Positions 23,566 through 24,053 of a stretch of 24,053 nucleotides of DNA are shown piece after piece. The DNA lies in IMG/VR virus record IMGVR_UViG_3300027656_000048, positions 1 through 24,053 of that record, one strand, 5' to 3'. The DNA is from a virus (lineage: Duplodnaviria; Caudoviricetes). The number at the start of each line of letters is the position of its first letter. The stretch's first letter is position 1. The notes beneath the pieces are model-generated. The model was not told where the DNA came from and did no database searches. It saw nothing but the letters and a program-made list of their open reading frames with translations. The position numbers were made by a program, and so were the translations under genes.

Positions 23566-24053
23566 ATGGCAAGACATTTAATGGTAGACTTAGAAACACT
23601 GGCCACATCACCCGATGCGGTGATACTTACAATCGGTGCAGTGACTTTTGATCCAGCAAGCAACAAGATATTTGACAAACTTTACTACAGAGTAGATATC
23701 GAAAGTTGTGATCGATTGGGAATGACGGTAAATGATGACACCGTCGAATGGTGGAGTAAACAAGCCGCTGACGTTCAAACTGAAGCATTTGCCGAAGACA
23801 ATCGTGTGCCAATTGAAGAAGTTATCGAAAAGTTTCACAAGTTTGCTTGGAACTGTGATGCATTTTGGAGCCATGGCGCTACTTTTGACTTGGTAATTTT
23901 AGACTGTTACTACAGAAAATTAAATAAAGTTCCTCCGTGGAACTTCTGGCAGATCCGAGATACTAGAACACTGTTTGATCTAGGCTACGATCCAGAAATG
24001 CCTAAAGAAGGACTGCACAATGCACTGGAAGACGCAAGTCGACAGGCCATGGG
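23566..24053 (+). CDS. DEDDh 3'-5' exonuclease (Rv2179c/DexA-like), truncated by window end; not in ORF track
   Basis: AGGAGG SD; translates MARHLMVDLETL...ILTIGAV...TVEWWSKQ...WSHGATFD...RDTRTL...HNALEDA. Confidence 0.9.
   Translation, partial: MARHLMVDLETLATSPDAVILTIGAVTFDPASNKIFDKLYYRVDIESCDRLGMTVNDDTVEWWSKQAADVQTEAFAEDNRVPIEEVIEKFHKFAWNCDAFWSHGATFDLVILDCYYRKLNKVPPWNFWQIRDTRTLFDLGYDPEMPKEGLHNALEDASRQAM

Noticed and set aside
96-23874. Many short ORF-track entries overlapping larger genes (e.g. 96..374, 1183..1434, 1867..2127, 9874..10281, 12575..12853, 23421..23678, 23608..23874)
   Set aside because: Antisense or alternate-frame shadows of well-supported genes; no SD or motifs.
1-24053. 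Stop-codon reassignment as in some large phages
   Set aside because: Conserved genes are full length in the standard code and coding density is high.

Overview
Gene-dense, AT-rich segment of a large lytic dsDNA phage (T4-like / 'huge phage' type myovirus), almost all on the + strand apart from a short - strand cluster at ~1.9-3.2 kb. It carries virion/late genes (PA14-domain protein end, beta-helix tail protein, PAAR, several putative head proteins), nucleotide metabolism (class Ia nrdA/nrdB, glutaredoxin, HAD nucleotidase, two exonucleases, a secreted SNase, a Pol-beta-type nucleotidyltransferase), host-like auxiliary genes (fatty-acid desaturase between nrdA and nrdB, iscU, iscA, Hc1-like histone protein, ribosomal protein bS21) and a SleB-type cell-wall hydrolase. 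IscU/IscA and a DUF3563-like gene suggest a (beta)proteobacterial host (inference). Two promoter classes are visible: T4-late-like (TA)TAAATA boxes and near-consensus sigma70 promoters. The most interesting signals are at the RNA level: two identical TCA-AAA-AAA-AAG sites that join overlapping ORFs in the -1 frame (one followed by a 16-bp hairpin), a ~240-nt highly structured leader with an anti-SD element before the cell-wall hydrolase, a compact possibly pseudoknotted RNA after the SNase gene, inverted repeats built over sigma70 promoters that would hide exonuclease start sites in read-through transcripts, several leaderless genes, and a PhaR-like operator. No tRNA, rRNA, CRISPR array, intron or mobile element was seen. 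All structures were folded by eye and all family calls come from motif recognition, not database searches.
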